The position numbers and the translations under genes are program-made. Of a stretch of 20,000 bases of DNA, positions 18,614-20,000 are shown one piece after another (positions within the stretch are counted from its first letter, which is position 1; every line of letters begins with the position of its first letter). The notes below the pieces were generated by a model. It searched no databases. It saw only the letters and a list, made by a program, of their open reading frames with translations, and was not told the DNA's origin. This stretch comes from Chiloscyllium plagiosum. Its lineage: Eukaryota. The stretch lies in contig NC_057720.1 of the NCBI RefSeq assembly GCF_004010195.1, positions 21,661,157 to 21,681,156 on the forward strand, given 5' to 3'.

Positions 18614-20000
18614 ATTTAATACACGCCGTGACATCGAACAATTCTTCCGTCGCCTCACATCGAACAATTCTTCCGTCGCCTCCGCCCCCGAGCTTACTTT
18701 CACAATCAGGACTCCCGCCCATCTTCCGAGGACCCCTTCGCCACACTGCATCCACCTGGACACCCCGCGCTGGCCTATTACCTGCCCTCGACCTCTTCAT
18801 TTCCAACTGCCGCCGGGACATAACCGCCTCATCTCACAACGCGCAGCCCTCCAATCCCTCTGCTCCAATCCTCTCCTCACCATCAAGCCAGCGGACAAAG
18901 GGGGCGCAGTGGTAGTCTGGCGCACTGACCTCTACATCGCTGAAGCCAAACGCCAACTCGAGGACACCTCTTCCTACCGCCCCCTTGACCATGACCCCAC
19001 CCCCCATCACCAAACCATCATCTCCCAGACCATACAGAACCTCATCACCTCAGGAGATCTCCCACCCACAGCTTCCAACCTCATAGTCCAGGAACCCCGC
19101 ACTGCCGGTTCTACCTGCTTCCCAAGAACCACAAGCCTGACCACCCTGGCCGACCCATTGTCTCAGCATGCTCCTGCACCACTGAACTCATCTCTACCTA
19201 CCTCAACACTGTCCTATCTCCCCACTCCAGGAACTTCCCACATACGTTCGAGACACCACCCACGCCCCCCACCTCCTCCAAGACTTCCGTTTCCCCAGTC
19301 CCCAACGCCTCATCTTCACCATGGATATCCAATCCCTCTACACCTCCATCCGCCATGACCACAGCCTCCAAGCCCTCCGTTTTTTTCTCTCCAGATGTCC
19401 CCAACAGTACCCTTCCACCGACACTCTCATTCGTTTGGCCGAACTGGTCCTCACCCTTAACAATTTCTCCTTTGAATCCTCCCACTTCCTCCAGACCAAA
19501 GGGGTAGCCATGGGCACACATATGGGCCCCAGCTATGCCTGTCTCTTCGTTGGCTACGTAGAGCAGTTGATCTTCCGTAATTACACCGGCACCACTCCCA
19601 ACCTCTTCCTCCGCTACATTGATGACTGCATTGGCGCCACCTCGTGCTCCCGCGAGGAGGTTGAGCAATTCATCAACTCCACCAACACATTCCACCCTGA
19701 CCTTAAATTTACCTGGACCATCTCCGACACCTGGCTCCCCTTCCTGGACCTCTCCATCTCCATCAGTGACGACCGACTTGACACTGACATCTTCTACAAA
19801 CCCACCGACTCCCACAGCTACCTGGATTACACCTCTTCCCACCCTACCTCTTGCAAAAATGCCATCCCGTATTCCCAATTCCTCCGCCGTATCTGCTCCC
19901 AGGAGGAGCGGTTCCACCATAAAACACACCAGATGGCCTCCTTCTTTAGAGACCGCAATTTCCCATCCCACGTGGTTAAAGATGCCCTCCAACGCATCCC
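18614..20000 (+). mobile_element. Penelope-like element (Neptune-type) ORF: N-terminal region and reverse transcriptase; frameshifted upstream, runs off the window
   Basis: RRDIEQFFRRL..RAYF, STWTP, IKPADKGGAVVVW, FYLLPK..HKP..PGRPIVS across frameshifts. A stop-free frame 19231-19998 carries MDIQSLYTSI, GVAMGTHMGPSYACLF, FLRYIDD (YIDD 19615-19626), LPFLD and YKPTDSHSYLDYTSSHP. Confidence 0.96.
18631..18682 (+). repeat. Perfect 26-bp tandem duplication
   Basis: ACATCGAACAATTCTTCCGTCGCCTC at 18631-18656 and 18657-18682. Confidence 0.97.

Noticed and set aside
18492..19358. 288-aa ORF as a gene
   Set aside because: It is a chimera of antisense LINE sequence and partly out-of-frame PLE sequence.
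19198..19992. 264-aa antisense ORF
   Set aside because: It is codon-aligned with the RT frame. Antisense stops need TTA/CTA/TCA sense codons, which the C-ending bias removes, so it is a shadow ORF.

Overview
Eukaryotic, repeat-rich intronic or intergenic DNA. It is most likely from a shark: the SINE, CR1 and Penelope families look like those of elasmobranchs (inference from recognition, no database search). No host protein-coding exon can be supported, and nearly all listed ORFs are decayed transposon frames or their antisense shadows. The window holds five CR1-clade LINE remnants, four tRNA-derived SINEs (three carry a 3' tail shared with one of the CR1s), two L2-like tails, a probable PIF/Harbinger Myb/SANT remnant, and a dense set of Penelope-like element (PLE) pieces. 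The PLE pieces are an RT-encoding copy (18614-20000), a GIY-YIG plus pLTR copy (8841-9691) and six short pLTR-derived inserts. The most striking signal is in these inserts. They carry minimal hammerhead-ribozyme cores (CUGANGA-stem II-GAAA-NUH; 10 motifs in 20 kb). Several form inverted repeats, two of them with near-perfect ~95-bp arms. Five PLE insertions have 10-15-bp target-site duplications, and four have a 32-40-nt extension on one arm only. A non-repeat segment at 17500-17795 has a cluster of OTX/CRX-type sites plus a RORE and is a candidate enhancer.
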